Assembly (NCBI GenBank): GCA_039818205.1
Contig: JBCBUK010000008.1
Span: 128,001-192,000, forward strand
Origin: Verrucomicrobiota bacterium
GTDB lineage: Bacteria; Verrucomicrobiota; Verrucomicrobiia; Opitutales; Cerasicoccaceae
Length of the DNA stretch: 64,000 nucleotides
Direction of reading: 5' to 3'
Below are positions 37,875-49,466 of the stretch, piece after piece. Within the stretch, counting starts at the first letter, position 1. Each line of letters opens with the position of its first letter. The notes under the pieces are model-generated. The model saw nothing but the letters and a program-made list of their open reading frames with translations. It was not told where the DNA came from and searched no databases. The translations under genes and the position numbers were made by a program.

Positions 37875-39092
37875 ATGCGCATTCGACCATTCCAAGGACT
37901 CCGACCCAAGCCTGATCACGCCGCTACGGTAGCTTCGCTGCCTTACGACGTTGTCAATCGTGCCGAAGCCAAAGAGCTGGCCGCTGGCAACCGCAACTCC
38001 TTCCTGCGGGTGGTGCGGGCAGAGATTGACCTGCCGGAATCGGTCGATGCGTACGACGCCTCCGTCTATGAACAGGCGAAGAAGAATCTGCAGGAGCTCC
38101 AAGATCGCGACGTCATTGAGCGCGAAGGCGAACCGACTATCTATGTTTACCAGCAGCGCATGGGTGACCACGTCCAGCGCGGTATTGTTGCCGTTTGTAA
38201 CATCGAGGACTACGAAAATGACCTGATCAAGAAGCACGAGAAAACCCGTCAGGCCAAGGAAGACGACCGCACCCGCTTGAATGGTGTGCTCCGCGCCCAC
38301 CCAGGCCCGGTATTCCTAACTTATAAGGACGAGGCGGCGATCAATCAGATCGTGGACGAAACCGTCAAATCCGAGCCATTTATCGATTTTGTCGCACCCG
38401 ACGAGGTTGGCCACACGGTTTGGAAGATCAGCGGCAATGAAGCCCTCGTCGAGGCTTTCAAGGCAGTCGATGTATTTTATGTGGCCGACGGCCATCACCG
38501 TTCAGCAAGTGCTGCCCGCGTGGGCAAGGAACTGCGCGAAGCCAACCCCAGTCACACGGGAGACGAAGGCTACAACTGGTTCCTGAACGTGCTCTTCCCG
38601 GCATCTGAGCTGAAAGTTCTGCCCTACAACCGTCTCGTCTACACACTTAACGGTCAATCGAAAGAAGCGTTCCTCGAGGCCTTGAATAAAGTGGTCACCG
38701 TGACCGAAGGCGCCGAGCCGTCCCCAGATGCAGTCGGCAAGCTGTCGATGTATCTCGATGGCAAATGGTATGGCATGGACTTGAGTGGCCTGCCTGCAAA
38801 CGACCCGATTTCAAAGCTAGACGTATCGAAACTCCAAGACCACATCTTGGCACCGCTTTTGGGCATCGCTGATCCTCGCACCAGCGACGACATCGAGTTC
38901 ATCGGTGGCATTCGCGGAACCGAGGAATTGGAGAAGCGCGTGAACAATGGCGACGGCGCCGTAGCCTTCTCGATGTATCCTGTCACCGTCGAGCAGCTCA
39001 TGGAGATTGCGGACGCTGGCCAAATCATGCCGCCCAAGAGCACCTGGTTTGAGCCAAAGCTACGCAGCGGGCTGTTCGTCAACACTTTCTAG
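37875..39092 (+). CDS. DUF1015 family protein
   Basis: PYDVV, IKKHEKTR..KEDDR, YVADGHHR and MPPKSTWFEPKLRSGL motifs. Confidence 0.92.
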   Translation: MRIRPFQGLRPKPDHAATVASLPYDVVNRAEAKELAAGNRNSFLRVVRAEIDLPESVDAYDASVYEQAKKNLQELQDRDVIEREGEPTIYVYQQRMGDHVQRGIVAVCNIEDYENDLIKKHEKTRQAKEDDRTRLNGVLRAHPGPVFLTYKDEAAINQIVDETVKSEPFIDFVAPDEVGHTVWKISGNEALVEAFKAVDVFYVADGHHRSASAARVGKELREANPSHTGDEGYNWFLNVLFPASELKVLPYNRLVYTLNGQSKEAFLEALNKVVTVTEGAEPSPDAVGKLSMYLDGKWYGMDLSGLPANDPISKLDVSKLQDHILAPLLGIADPRTSDDIEFIGGIRGTEELEKRVNNGDGAVAFSMYPVTVEQLMEIADAGQIMPPKSTWFEPKLRSGLFVNTF

Positions 39093-39112
39093 TTCACTTC
39101 AATTTTTCGCTG

Positions 39113-39144
39113 ACCGCCCTTCCGTATCGGTTGGGCGGTTTTTT
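39113..39144 (+). terminator. Intrinsic terminator after the DUF1015 gene
   Basis: ACCGCCC-ttCCGtatCGGtt-GGGCGGT followed by a T-run. Confidence 0.8.
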
Positions 39145-39982
39145 AATGAAAAAGATGGTAGAAGTTCGTTCGTCCCCAGATGAGGATCGCGCTCGATAGA
39201 AATCCGATCACCAGGAGTGCAATGTAGCAGCCGAAATAGACGCGCTCGGACGCCATCTGGTAAAAATGCTTGCCGCACCAACTGCCAACCAGCGTCAGCG
39301 GAAATAATAGTAAGGCAGCCCCGGCGTTTCCTAAGTGAAGCAGGCCAAGGATTAAGAACGGCACGACCTTAATCGTATTCTGAACTGTCAGAAAGGCATT
39401 CTGGGCGGCAACGAAACGCTCCTTGGTGATTCCGTGCCGGATGAAGTAGACTGTCAATAGCGGGGTGCCCGAGTTAGCCACCGTCTGGCTTATCGCGAGC
39501 AAACAACCGAAGGTGAATACGCCTTTGGAACTTGGTGGTCCAGATCCGCCTCCGAGCTTCACTATCTTGTCGCGAAAGCTAACGAGGACCACATAAAGCA
39601 ACGAGAGTCCGGCAACGACGAATTCGAGCCGCCGGTGAACGATCGACATCTCGCCGGATGAGATGATCATCCAAAGCACTAAGCCACCCAGGATTGTTCC
39701 AAAAAACGCCGCAGGAATGAGTGGATTCAACCACTGGCGTTCGAGCGCCTTTCGATGCTGCCAGCAGCCGATCGCGCCGGCAGGGATCATAATCACTGCG
39801 ATAATTGCCAATCCATCATCCGCTCCGACGGCTAAGACTGTCAACGGAGACACAACGAAACCGCCCGCGCCGAGGCCACTGCGAGAAAATCCCATCAGCC
39901 AAGCTGCGAAGATCACCAAGGCCGTGCTAAACCAAGGTATTGGCTCTTCGGTAAATGGCGCGATCAGGGACTCCCAAGACAC
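39143..39982 (-). CDS. TauE/SafE (TSUP) family membrane transporter
   Basis: GFSRSGLGAGG N-terminal motif, ANSGTPLLTVY and KERFVA; about 8 TM segments. Confidence 0.8.
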   Translation of the reverse strand: MSWESLIAPFTEEPIPWFSTALVIFAAWLMGFSRSGLGAGGFVVSPLTVLAVGADDGLAIIAVIMIPAGAIGCWQHRKALERQWLNPLIPAAFFGTILGGLVLWMIISSGEMSIVHRRLEFVVAGLSLLYVVLVSFRDKIVKLGGGSGPPSSKGVFTFGCLLAISQTVANSGTPLLTVYFIRHGITKERFVAAQNAFLTVQNTIKVVPFLILGLLHLGNAGAALLLFPLTLVGSWCGKHFYQMASERVYFGCYIALLVIGFLSSAILIWGRTNFYHLFH

Positions 39983-40064
39983 TGGAGGAATCTAAGCTCG
40001 CCAGGTGAGTTGAGTCACGCTGAAAGGTGACGCATTCCGCTTTCAACACCTCAGCCAAACCCCG

Positions 40065-40094
40065 AAATAAAAACGGGGCTCATGAAGAGCCCCG
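40065..40094 (-). terminator. Intrinsic terminator after thiC
   Basis: CGGGGCTC-N5-GAGCCCCG followed by TTTTTATTT on the minus strand. Confidence 0.8.
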
Positions 40095-40105
40095 CGGAAA
40101 ATCGT

Positions 40106-42106
<2,001 letters not shown>

Positions 42107-42118
42107 CTAATGGTTTCC

Positions 42119-42216
42119 ATGTTTCCCTTCGTCGGCATTACCCGAATCAGGTTCGAAGGGTTCAACGAGCGGACGCATCGTCATCTCAGCCCTACGCGCA
42201 GGGCACCCCAAACTAC
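42119..42216 (-). ncRNA. TPP riboswitch (THI element)
   Basis: Minus strand GGGGTGCCC...GGGCTGAGA...ACCCTTCGAACCTGATTCGGGTAATGCCGACGAAGGGAA upstream of thiC. Confidence 0.95.
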
Positions 42217-42434
42217 GGAAAAAACGGTAACCGGACCTATCCCGGTTGCAACGGAAAAATCGTGCCTACGAGGGCATCAGCGACAAAAGAACAATCGCGG
42301 CAATGACCAAAAAAATTGCCTGCACAATCGGTGGAGCGAAATTATCCCTCTTTTTTGACTGGTTTTGCATTAATGAGTTAATCGGACTACTCGTTTGCCT
42401 CTTAAGGTCCTAACTGTAGGTTCTTCGATGTAAT

Positions 42435-42881
42435 ATGGCAGGAAATCCATTGATAATCCATTCTCGAATCGTTGAGTTTTCCGAAACTGATCGAGCCGGA
42501 ATCGTTCACTTTTCGAATTTCTTCAAGTGGATGGAATCCGCTGAAGCTCAGTGGTTTAGATCAGTTGGAGTGCCGCTCATTGAAACCACTGACGGCGTCA
42601 CTCGCGGCTGGCCACGGGTTCGGGTGAAGGCCGATTTCCACGAACCGGTGCTCTTCGACGACAAAGTCGAGACCCATTTAACCATCAAAGAGGTCCGGAT
42701 TCGCGCGATTGTTTACGGTTTTCGATTCTATAAAATTGTCGAGGACTCAAAGGTGCACGTCGCAACCGGGAGCATGACCACCGTTTTTGCCCACCGGGTC
42801 GACCAAACCGGTGAAATGCAATCAGCGGCGATACCCGATTTACTGCTTAAAGCTGCCGAAGCGGCTTCGGCCGATGGCTAA
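42435..42881 (+). CDS. Acyl-CoA thioesterase (4HBT/YbgC hotdog fold)
   Basis: VEFSETDRAGIVHFSNFFKWME motif. Confidence 0.88.
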   Translation: MAGNPLIIHSRIVEFSETDRAGIVHFSNFFKWMESAEAQWFRSVGVPLIETTDGVTRGWPRVRVKADFHEPVLFDDKVETHLTIKEVRIRAIVYGFRFYKIVEDSKVHVATGSMTTVFAHRVDQTGEMQSAAIPDLLLKAAEAASADG

Positions 42882-44281
42882 TACGCCGTTGGTGGCGGAC
42901 GCAGGACGATTAAAATGGTCCGGAAAACGATAATGACATCGAGCCAAATGGACCATTCGCCAATATACTCCAAGTCGTAGTTTACCCGTTGGGTGAGGCG
43001 CTCGCGATCGGTTATCTCTCCGCGGAATCCGTTTACCTGAGCTAATCCTGTCATTCCCGGCTTAACAAAATGTCGGTGGGGATAGATACGCACTTCTTTT
43101 CCGAACAGTTGATCATGCTCTGGAATATGCGGACGAGGCCCAACGAGACTCATTTCACCCTTCAGGACATTCCAAAATTGCGGAAACTCATCGATGCTGG
43201 TCCGTCGAATAAAACCACCGAACTCGAATATCCGATCATCGTTTTCGGTCGCTTGCCGGGCTTCGTCGTCGTTGTGCACTCCCATGCTCCGGAACTTGAA
43301 GATCGTAAATACCGTCCGATTATAACCTCGACGGTCCTGGCGAAAAAATATTGGCCCCGGCGACTCCTTGCGCTGATGGTGGCGGACCCAGAGGATCATG
43401 GGAGGCAGAATGAGCAGCACGACTGGCAGTGAGACTGCGATATCCAGAACGCGCTTCATCAATCGATTAACCGGACTCTCAAGCGGTTCCTCACGCGGAA
43501 CAAAGAAAGTGTGCGGCCCGTCTTTCACCGAGTTTAGCGGCGTGTCGAAATATTCTGCCCAGGGGTTGTAGATCAAGACCTGGCAGCCCTGCTCTTCCGC
43601 AACCTCCATAACCCCGCGGACCCAGTCCTTTGATTGCTTCGTTTCGAGCAAAACGATCTGGTTGATAAAATGGCTTCGCACGAGATCGGCCAAATTGCTA
43701 GCATCACCGAGATAATATTCCGGTTTTTCTTCGAACTTCTTCTTGTCTGGCGCAACCAAGCCGACCAAGTCCAAGCCAATGTTCTTTCGATCGACTATCC
43801 AGTCGGCCAACTTTTCATAACTAGTGGACGAGCCAATCACCATGCACCGACGAAGGTTGTCGCCGCGGAAAAAGAGTCGCGCAAAGACTCTTGGCATCGT
43901 GCTATTCAGGAAAAAGAGCAACCCGTAGCTCAAGAGTAGGTAAAAGCCGACAAAAACCCGCGAAATGCCTTTGTCTTTGGTGGCAAAGATAATTCCGAAG
44001 ATCATCGTCAGCAGTGCCAACGACTGCAAATTGGTAACCTGAAAAACCTTCACGCTCTGCCGGTCGACAAGATTTCCGGTTAGTGCGCTGTAAAAATTGA
44101 AGTAGATCAAACCGCAGGCACTAATCCCCATCAGGTATAGTGGCATGTTGATCAACTGGTAGTCATAAAAACCCAGGATCTCACCGCCGACAAAGGCTTG
44201 CAGCCAGAATAATGATGGCAGCGCGGCGGTGACAATACAACCGTGTAAGGTGAGAAGCCCTTGGGAACGTCGATCAAGCAT
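42878..44281 (-). CDS. Polyprenyl-phosphate glycosylphosphotransferase (WcaJ-like priming transferase)
   Basis: KRVLDI, PGPIFFRQ.R.G, FKFRSM, RRTSIDEFPQFWNVLKGEMSLVGPRP, VKPGMTGLAQV and DLEYI..WS motifs. Confidence 0.95.
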   Translation of the reverse strand: MLDRRSQGLLTLHGCIVTAALPSLFWLQAFVGGEILGFYDYQLINMPLYLMGISACGLIYFNFYSALTGNLVDRQSVKVFQVTNLQSLALLTMIFGIIFATKDKGISRVFVGFYLLLSYGLLFFLNSTMPRVFARLFFRGDNLRRCMVIGSSTSYEKLADWIVDRKNIGLDLVGLVAPDKKKFEEKPEYYLGDASNLADLVRSHFINQIVLLETKQSKDWVRGVMEVAEEQGCQVLIYNPWAEYFDTPLNSVKDGPHTFFVPREEPLESPVNRLMKRVLDIAVSLPVVLLILPPMILWVRHHQRKESPGPIFFRQDRRGYNRTVFTIFKFRSMGVHNDDEARQATENDDRIFEFGGFIRRTSIDEFPQFWNVLKGEMSLVGPRPHIPEHDQLFGKEVRIYPHRHFVKPGMTGLAQVNGFRGEITDRERLTQRVNYDLEYIGEWSIWLDVIIVFRTILIVLRPPPTAY

Positions 44282-44450
44282 GTGATTTGATCTCTATCGG
44301 CGATAAACGAATGATAGTTAGTGGCTAATAACTCATTTTCAAGTAGTCAGGTGCGATTTTTTACACTGAACCTAAAGAACCTACCCAAATCGTCCGTAAA
44401 CCAGGGTCAAATAACCCTAACCGTAAAAAACAATACACCAATATCATTTA

Positions 44451-44468
44451 TTTCAAAAAATCTTGAAA
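44451..44468. promoter_or_regulatory. Perfect 6-6-6 palindrome, candidate operator
   Basis: TTTCAA-aaaatc-TTGAAA in the AT-rich divergent intergenic region, 36 nt before the regulator ATG. Confidence 0.55.
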
Positions 44469-44504
44469 CTACGTTAATTGGTTGGCATTGTTTGCGTTGT
44501 AGAT

Positions 44505-44999
44505 ATGTCTGGCTCAACTCCTAAGTCGGGATTAAGCGAACTCGAATCGGAGACCATCGCGATTTTTGTCCGAATCGTCCAGCTGGTTGGCCTACCCAAA
44601 TCCCTTGGGCAGATTTACGGTCTCATCTACATCTGTCCGAAACCGGTATCGATGGAGGAACTCGTCGAGCGATTAGGAATCAGCATTGGTTCCGCGAGCC
44701 AGGGTTTGCGGCAGCTAAGAACCTTCAAAGCGATCAGCACGGTCTACGTGCCGGGAGAACGAAAAGACTACTACACTCCGGAGACAGAATTCCGGAAATT
44801 GATCTCAAATTTCTTGGACGATCAGCTCCGGCCTCACCTGGAAACGGGCAATGGCGCCATTGAGCACTTAAATGCGCTTGCTGAGGCGTCGCCAGTGGAA
44901 GAGCGAGAGCACTATCGGAATCGAATTAACAAACTCAAACGATTACATAAAATTGCGGGAAACATTACTCCGGCGATTTCTAAATTTGTGAATTTCTAA
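44505..44999 (+). CDS. GbsR/MarR-family transcriptional regulator
   Basis: GLPKSLGQIYGLIY...SMEELVERLGIS.GSASQGLRQL...GERKDYY; ATG 44505. Confidence 0.88.
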   Translation: MSGSTPKSGLSELESETIAIFVRIVQLVGLPKSLGQIYGLIYICPKPVSMEELVERLGISIGSASQGLRQLRTFKAISTVYVPGERKDYYTPETEFRKLISNFLDDQLRPHLETGNGAIEHLNALAEASPVEEREHYRNRINKLKRLHKIAGNITPAISKFVNF

Positions 45000-45001
45000 G
45001 C

Positions 45002-45562
45002 ATGCCGCTTATTTCTGTGTTATCTGAAGAACCAGGCTGGTTCTGCCTGCGGTCGCAACCGAGGCGGGAGCGCTCTGCCCAGCGTACTTTGATGACACTT
45101 CCTGGCGTAGAAGTTATATTGCCGCTCGCACGTTTTCCGCAGCAATCTGCTAAAGGAGCGAAACGACAGGTCCAGGAACCCATCTTTCCAAACTACCTGT
45201 TCTGCCGTTTCATTCCATGCGAGTCCGCCCGCAAGGTCCAATACAGTCAGGGGGTTTCCTACATCCTTAAACGAGGAGACGACCTCGTCGCGGTGCCAGA
45301 ACGAATCATCCGCGAGATCAAAACGATTGCGCCGTCGGGCGTCCTCGATTTGGCGCCGAAGCCATTGTTCCAAGGAGAGCAGATTCGATTGATCCAAGGG
45401 ATCTTTTCTGGAACTGACGCCAAGGTCGTCGCGCTCGCGCCCGCCAATGATCGCGTAAAAGTGCTCCTGGAAATTCTCGGGAGCGAGCAGGAAATTTCGA
45501 TCCCGATTACGGCGATCAAACGCAATTTTGAAAATCCGTTCCACGGAGACAAACCCGGTTAA
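45002..45562 (+). CDS. NusG paralog, RfaH-like antiterminator
   Basis: WFCLRSQP..E, EPIFPNYLFCRF, QGVSYIL..G.....VPERII and KOW GEQIRLIQGIFSG...RVKVLLEILG. Confidence 0.88.
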   Translation: MPLISVLSEEPGWFCLRSQPRRERSAQRTLMTLPGVEVILPLARFPQQSAKGAKRQVQEPIFPNYLFCRFIPCESARKVQYSQGVSYILKRGDDLVAVPERIIREIKTIAPSGVLDLAPKPLFQGEQIRLIQGIFSGTDAKVVALAPANDRVKVLLEILGSEQEISIPITAIKRNFENPFHGDKPG

Positions 45563-45613
45563 CCGAGCGCGCCCCGATGGGCCCCGCTACTCCAGTCCAC
45601 TGTTCAATCCCAA

Positions 45614-45654
45614 TTGGCTTTGCCCCTAGGCATACGGCCAAGGGCGGCAGCATC
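45614..45654 (+). promoter_or_regulatory. JUMPStart/ops-like element (hairpin plus GGCGGCAG)
   Basis: Hairpin TTGGC-tt-TGCC-ccta-GGCA-tacg-GCCAA then GGGCGGCAGCAT; resembles enterobacterial GCCA(A/G)GGGCGGTAGCGT. Confidence 0.5.
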
Positions 45655-45685
45655 TAAAAACTCGGCTTCGACAGCCCGCCACTCA

Positions 45686-46429
45686 TTGACCCAGATTCTT
45701 GGCATTGATTTTTTTCAAGGAACTCCTGAAGAAGCAGTTCAGAAGCTTCATTCTGGAGGCCTCGTGGTCGCGCCTTCGGGACCAAACTTGGCGGAGATGG
45801 ACAAAATGCCCGCGTACCTACGCGCAGTAACCAGTGCGGAACTGGCGGTTCTCGATAGCGGCGCCTTGGTCCTTTTCTGGCACAAGCTAACGGGCACCCA
45901 CCTGACTAGACTTTCCGGCTTGGCTTTGTTGCAATCGCTCGTCACAAGCCCAGAATTCGTCGAGCACCAGAATGATCAGTTTTGGGTCATGCCAACCGAA
46001 GAGGCCAAAGTCCGAAATGTTGAATACCTTAAAACTCTGGGTATCCATATACAGGAAGACCAGTGTTACGTGGCGCCTTATTACGAGCGAGGTGACATCC
46101 ATGATGCGGATTTGCTAGAACGGATTAACGAGAAACAACCGAAATATGTCGTGATCAATCTCGCGGGTGGAAAACAAGAGGTTCTGGGTGCCTGGCTTCG
46201 GTCTCATTGCCAAGGGCAGCCCGCTTTCATCTGCACGGGTGCCGCAATTGGCTTTATGACTGGCGAGCAAGCCAACATTCCTGGCTGGGCAGATCGCTAC
46301 TACCTTGGCTGGCTAATGCGTATCCTGCGCAACCCATCGGGATACCTATCGCGCTACTGGGAGGCCCGCCGGCTTTGGCCATTGGTGCGGAAGTATCGTG
46401 AATCGACTCCCCAGCTAGCTGCAGGCTAA
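45686..46429 (+). CDS. WecB/TagA/CpsF-family glycosyltransferase
   Basis: ILGIDFF, AVLDSG, RLSG, LAGGKQE, CTGAAIGFMTG and YLGWLMRILRNP. TTG 45686 preferred over the track start at 45614. Confidence 0.88.
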   Translation: MTQILGIDFFQGTPEEAVQKLHSGGLVVAPSGPNLAEMDKMPAYLRAVTSAELAVLDSGALVLFWHKLTGTHLTRLSGLALLQSLVTSPEFVEHQNDQFWVMPTEEAKVRNVEYLKTLGIHIQEDQCYVAPYYERGDIHDADLLERINEKQPKYVVINLAGGKQEVLGAWLRSHCQGQPAFICTGAAIGFMTGEQANIPGWADRYYLGWLMRILRNPSGYLSRYWEARRLWPLVRKYRESTPQLAAG

Positions 46430-46431
46430 CT

Positions 46432-47289
46432 ATGGCAAATCCGATCAAACAGTTTATCGATGGCCGCTTACCTGGTTTGGGGGTTCAATACCGAAAGTGG
46501 CGAGATGATTGGATATACGCGAAAACCAAGCCCTACCAATCATCTCAAGGTCTGGTTATTTATGGAGACACCAGCAGCCACTACACGAGCAGCAACGCGA
46601 TTGAAGATCGCCTAGAATCCGAGGAGATAAAATTTGTCCGAAGCCTTTTTGCGGATATCGACGTATTCGTCGACATCGGAGCCAATATTGGCATATTCTC
46701 GATGCTTGCTGCACAAGCAGGAAAGGCAGTCGTGGCCATCGAAGCGCACCCGCGGAACTTTCAGAATCTATTGCGAAACCTCGATGAGAACGATATTGGT
46801 GGCGTTGAGTGCTTCAACATTGCATTGAGTAATTCCGTTGGGGTCGCATCGCTCTTTGGCAGCGGTGAGATGGCCTCGCTAACCACAGGATGGGGCGGAA
46901 AAATCGTCAACCATTCGGTGCTCACTGCAACCGATACGCTAGACAACTTGATTGGCGATCGCTTTCCGGGTAAACGCCTTTTGATTAAGATGGATGTCGA
47001 AGGCCATGAGGCCTCCGTGCTCTCCGGTGCCCAAGACGTGTTGAATCGAAATCCTCAAGCGACTTGGTTTTTCGAGCATGGATTCGATCAACACTTTAAC
47101 GGAATCAACCCGTACTACCTTGAAGTCTTTGAACATTTCTGGCGGGCCAACTATCAGGTCATGCCCGCTGATGCCGATATTGGATTTCTCGACCCGGCAG
47201 TGGTCAGAGACGCAGTATCAAAAGGCGTGAACCCTTACCCTGGAAACCTTAACTTTATGGCCAGAGCCAACCCAACAAACGATGAGTAA
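46432..47289 (+). CDS. FkbM-family methyltransferase
   Basis: FVDIGANIGIFS and LIKMDVEGHEASVLSGA motifs. Confidence 0.92.
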   Translation: MANPIKQFIDGRLPGLGVQYRKWRDDWIYAKTKPYQSSQGLVIYGDTSSHYTSSNAIEDRLESEEIKFVRSLFADIDVFVDIGANIGIFSMLAAQAGKAVVAIEAHPRNFQNLLRNLDENDIGGVECFNIALSNSVGVASLFGSGEMASLTTGWGGKIVNHSVLTATDTLDNLIGDRFPGKRLLIKMDVEGHEASVLSGAQDVLNRNPQATWFFEHGFDQHFNGINPYYLEVFEHFWRANYQVMPADADIGFLDPAVVRDAVSKGVNPYPGNLNFMARANPTNDE

Positions 47290-48112
47290 CGAATCGTTAC
47301 CAATCACCGAGATCCAAGCAGGACGCAAGGCGCGGATCCAACAGTTCTTCTGGGATCTGTGGATGTATCGTGACTTGTTTATGGCATTCCTTACGCGGGA
47401 TATTAAGGTTCGATACAAACAGACGATCCTCGGCATCACCTGGGTCGTTATACAACCACTGGCGACGGCTGGCGCTTTCTCAATGATTTTTGGTGGCATT
47501 GCTCAGATGCCAGTTGGCAGTATGCCCTACCCAGTCTTTTATCTGGCCGCGTTGGTAGTATGGTCAAACTTTGCCAACTCGCTTAGTGGATCGGCGGCCA
47601 GTATGGAATCGAGCGCCGGCTTGATTTCGAAGGTGTATTTCCCCCGCGTGGTCGTGCCAGGTGCCATGATTGTTAGCACGCTACCCGACTTTCTAATTGG
47701 ATTCGTTTTGCTCAATGTCGTCGCGGCGATCTATGGATTGTGGACTCCAATGCTGCTACTTTGCCTCCCGCTGCTATTGGTATCGCTGGCGGCGGCTTGC
47801 GGCATTGGGCTCACCCTCGCCGCCCTGAACGCCCAGTATCGCGATGTTCGCTACATTGTGCCGTTCCTTATTCAGATGGGCATGCTGGTGACACCGGTTA
47901 TTTATCCGCTCGATAAAGTTCCGCATTGGGGTCAGCTGATTCTTTATGGAAACCCTGTCGCTGGAGTCATAACTTGCTTCCGATGGGCGCTCGGCGGACC
48001 CGCTCCGCCACCCGATCTCATTACTGCGAACGTCTGTGCAGCAATCGTTTACCTGCTTATCGGCTTACTGTTCTTCCGCTGGCGCGAGGGTAAGTTGGTC
48101 GATGTCCTCTAA
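47282..48112 (+). CDS. wzm: Polysaccharide ABC transporter permease
   Basis: RDIKVRYKQTILG..W, LISKVYFPR, YRDVRYIVPF and TPVIYP motifs. Confidence 0.93.
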   Translation: MSNESLPITEIQAGRKARIQQFFWDLWMYRDLFMAFLTRDIKVRYKQTILGITWVVIQPLATAGAFSMIFGGIAQMPVGSMPYPVFYLAALVVWSNFANSLSGSAASMESSAGLISKVYFPRVVVPGAMIVSTLPDFLIGFVLLNVVAAIYGLWTPMLLLCLPLLLVSLAAACGIGLTLAALNAQYRDVRYIVPFLIQMGMLVTPVIYPLDKVPHWGQLILYGNPVAGVITCFRWALGGPAPPPDLITANVCAAIVYLLIGLLFFRWREGKLVDVL

Positions 48113-48126
48113 CCTTTCTGTAAATC

Positions 48127-49416
48127 ATGTCTTGGTCCGTTCAAATTGAAGGCTTACACAAGCGTTATCGTCGCGGCGGTGTTCCGGTGATGTCGAACAG
48201 CTTGCGGGAGGACGCCGGTCGTTTCCTTAAATCACTGAAGAAACGTCAGGCTAAAGAAGCAGCTGATCCCGCTGCCAATTCTGAGTTGCCACCGAATCAC
48301 TTTTGGGCGTTGCGCGATATCAATCTTGAAATCAATCAGGGAGATATCGTCGGCCTGATTGGCTTCAATGGTTCGGGTAAAAGCACACTGCTAAAGATTA
48401 TCGCCCGGATTACCGAACCAACAAAAGGAAACATTCGGTATCGCGGACGCCTGGGAACCATGCTTGAGGTCGGTACCGGCTTTCACCGTGAACTGAGCGG
48501 CCGGGAGAACATCTACCTCAACGGAGCCATCCTTGGCATGACCCGGCGTGACATAACCGCTGCCTTTGATGAAATCGTCGAGTTCTCCGAGGTTGGCTCG
48601 TCCCTCGATACGCCGGTTAAGTTTTATAGCTCGGGGATGTATGTGCGCCTTGCATTCTCGGTCGCGGCCCACCTTCGGACCGACATATTGCTGGTTGATG
48701 AAGTGTTAGCCGTTGGGGATCAGCGATTCCAAGACAAGTGCCTCGGCAAAATGGACGACGTCGCTGCCCATGGGAAAACCATCATCTTTGTTTCCCACAA
48801 CATGGCGAGTGTCGAGAAGCTGTGCCGCCGTGGCATACTGTTGCGCGAAGGAACCATAACCTGCGACGGTGAGATCAACGAAGCGATCCGGGGTTACCTG
48901 AATATCGGTGGAAACTTGTCCAATGACTTGAGCAATCATCCGAACCGTGAAGGTTCAGGCGAGGTGCGTGTTGATGAAATTGAGATCATTGACCAAAAAG
49001 GATACCGACTCAATGAAGTTCCAGCCGGCGAATCGGTTCGCATACGTTTCCATTTCCGTAAGACAACGGATGCGCCGATCGATCAAATCGATTTCGGGAT
49101 CAAGCTGCTAAATGAAGATCGAGTGCCGGTGTTTTTCCATCGAAACACGCTTGATAAGGTCGATTTTGGGAAGCTACCAAACCGGGGAACCTTCGAATGT
49201 TCGATTGATCGCCTACCACTGCCCATCGGTCGCTATTTCTTAAACTACCATCTTTCGCCAGACTTCGGCCGGACCGCGCAGTTTTACGACAAGATTGTTA
49301 GCGCCTATGAATTTTCTGTCGTATCGGGAGCATTCTTTGAAAGCGGTCAACTTCCTCCACGAGGCCGCGGCGTTGCGCTACTGAATGCCGATTGGCAAAT
49401 GCTACCGCAAGAGTAG
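48127..49416 (+). CDS. wzt: Polysaccharide ABC transporter ATPase with C-terminal Wzt_C domain
   Basis: GFNGSGKSTLLK, YSSGMYVRLAF and LVDEVLAVGD, plus a ~170-aa Ig-like C-terminal extension. Confidence 0.93.
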   Translation: MSWSVQIEGLHKRYRRGGVPVMSNSLREDAGRFLKSLKKRQAKEAADPAANSELPPNHFWALRDINLEINQGDIVGLIGFNGSGKSTLLKIIARITEPTKGNIRYRGRLGTMLEVGTGFHRELSGRENIYLNGAILGMTRRDITAAFDEIVEFSEVGSSLDTPVKFYSSGMYVRLAFSVAAHLRTDILLVDEVLAVGDQRFQDKCLGKMDDVAAHGKTIIFVSHNMASVEKLCRRGILLREGTITCDGEINEAIRGYLNIGGNLSNDLSNHPNREGSGEVRVDEIEIIDQKGYRLNEVPAGESVRIRFHFRKTTDAPIDQIDFGIKLLNEDRVPVFFHRNTLDKVDFGKLPNRGTFECSIDRLPLPIGRYFLNYHLSPDFGRTAQFYDKIVSAYEFSVVSGAFFESGQLPPRGRGVALLNADWQMLPQE

Positions 49417-49466
49417 CTCGCCCCGAAGCAAGTGAGTTTTCTGACTGTCAGACATTCTTAATCTCA

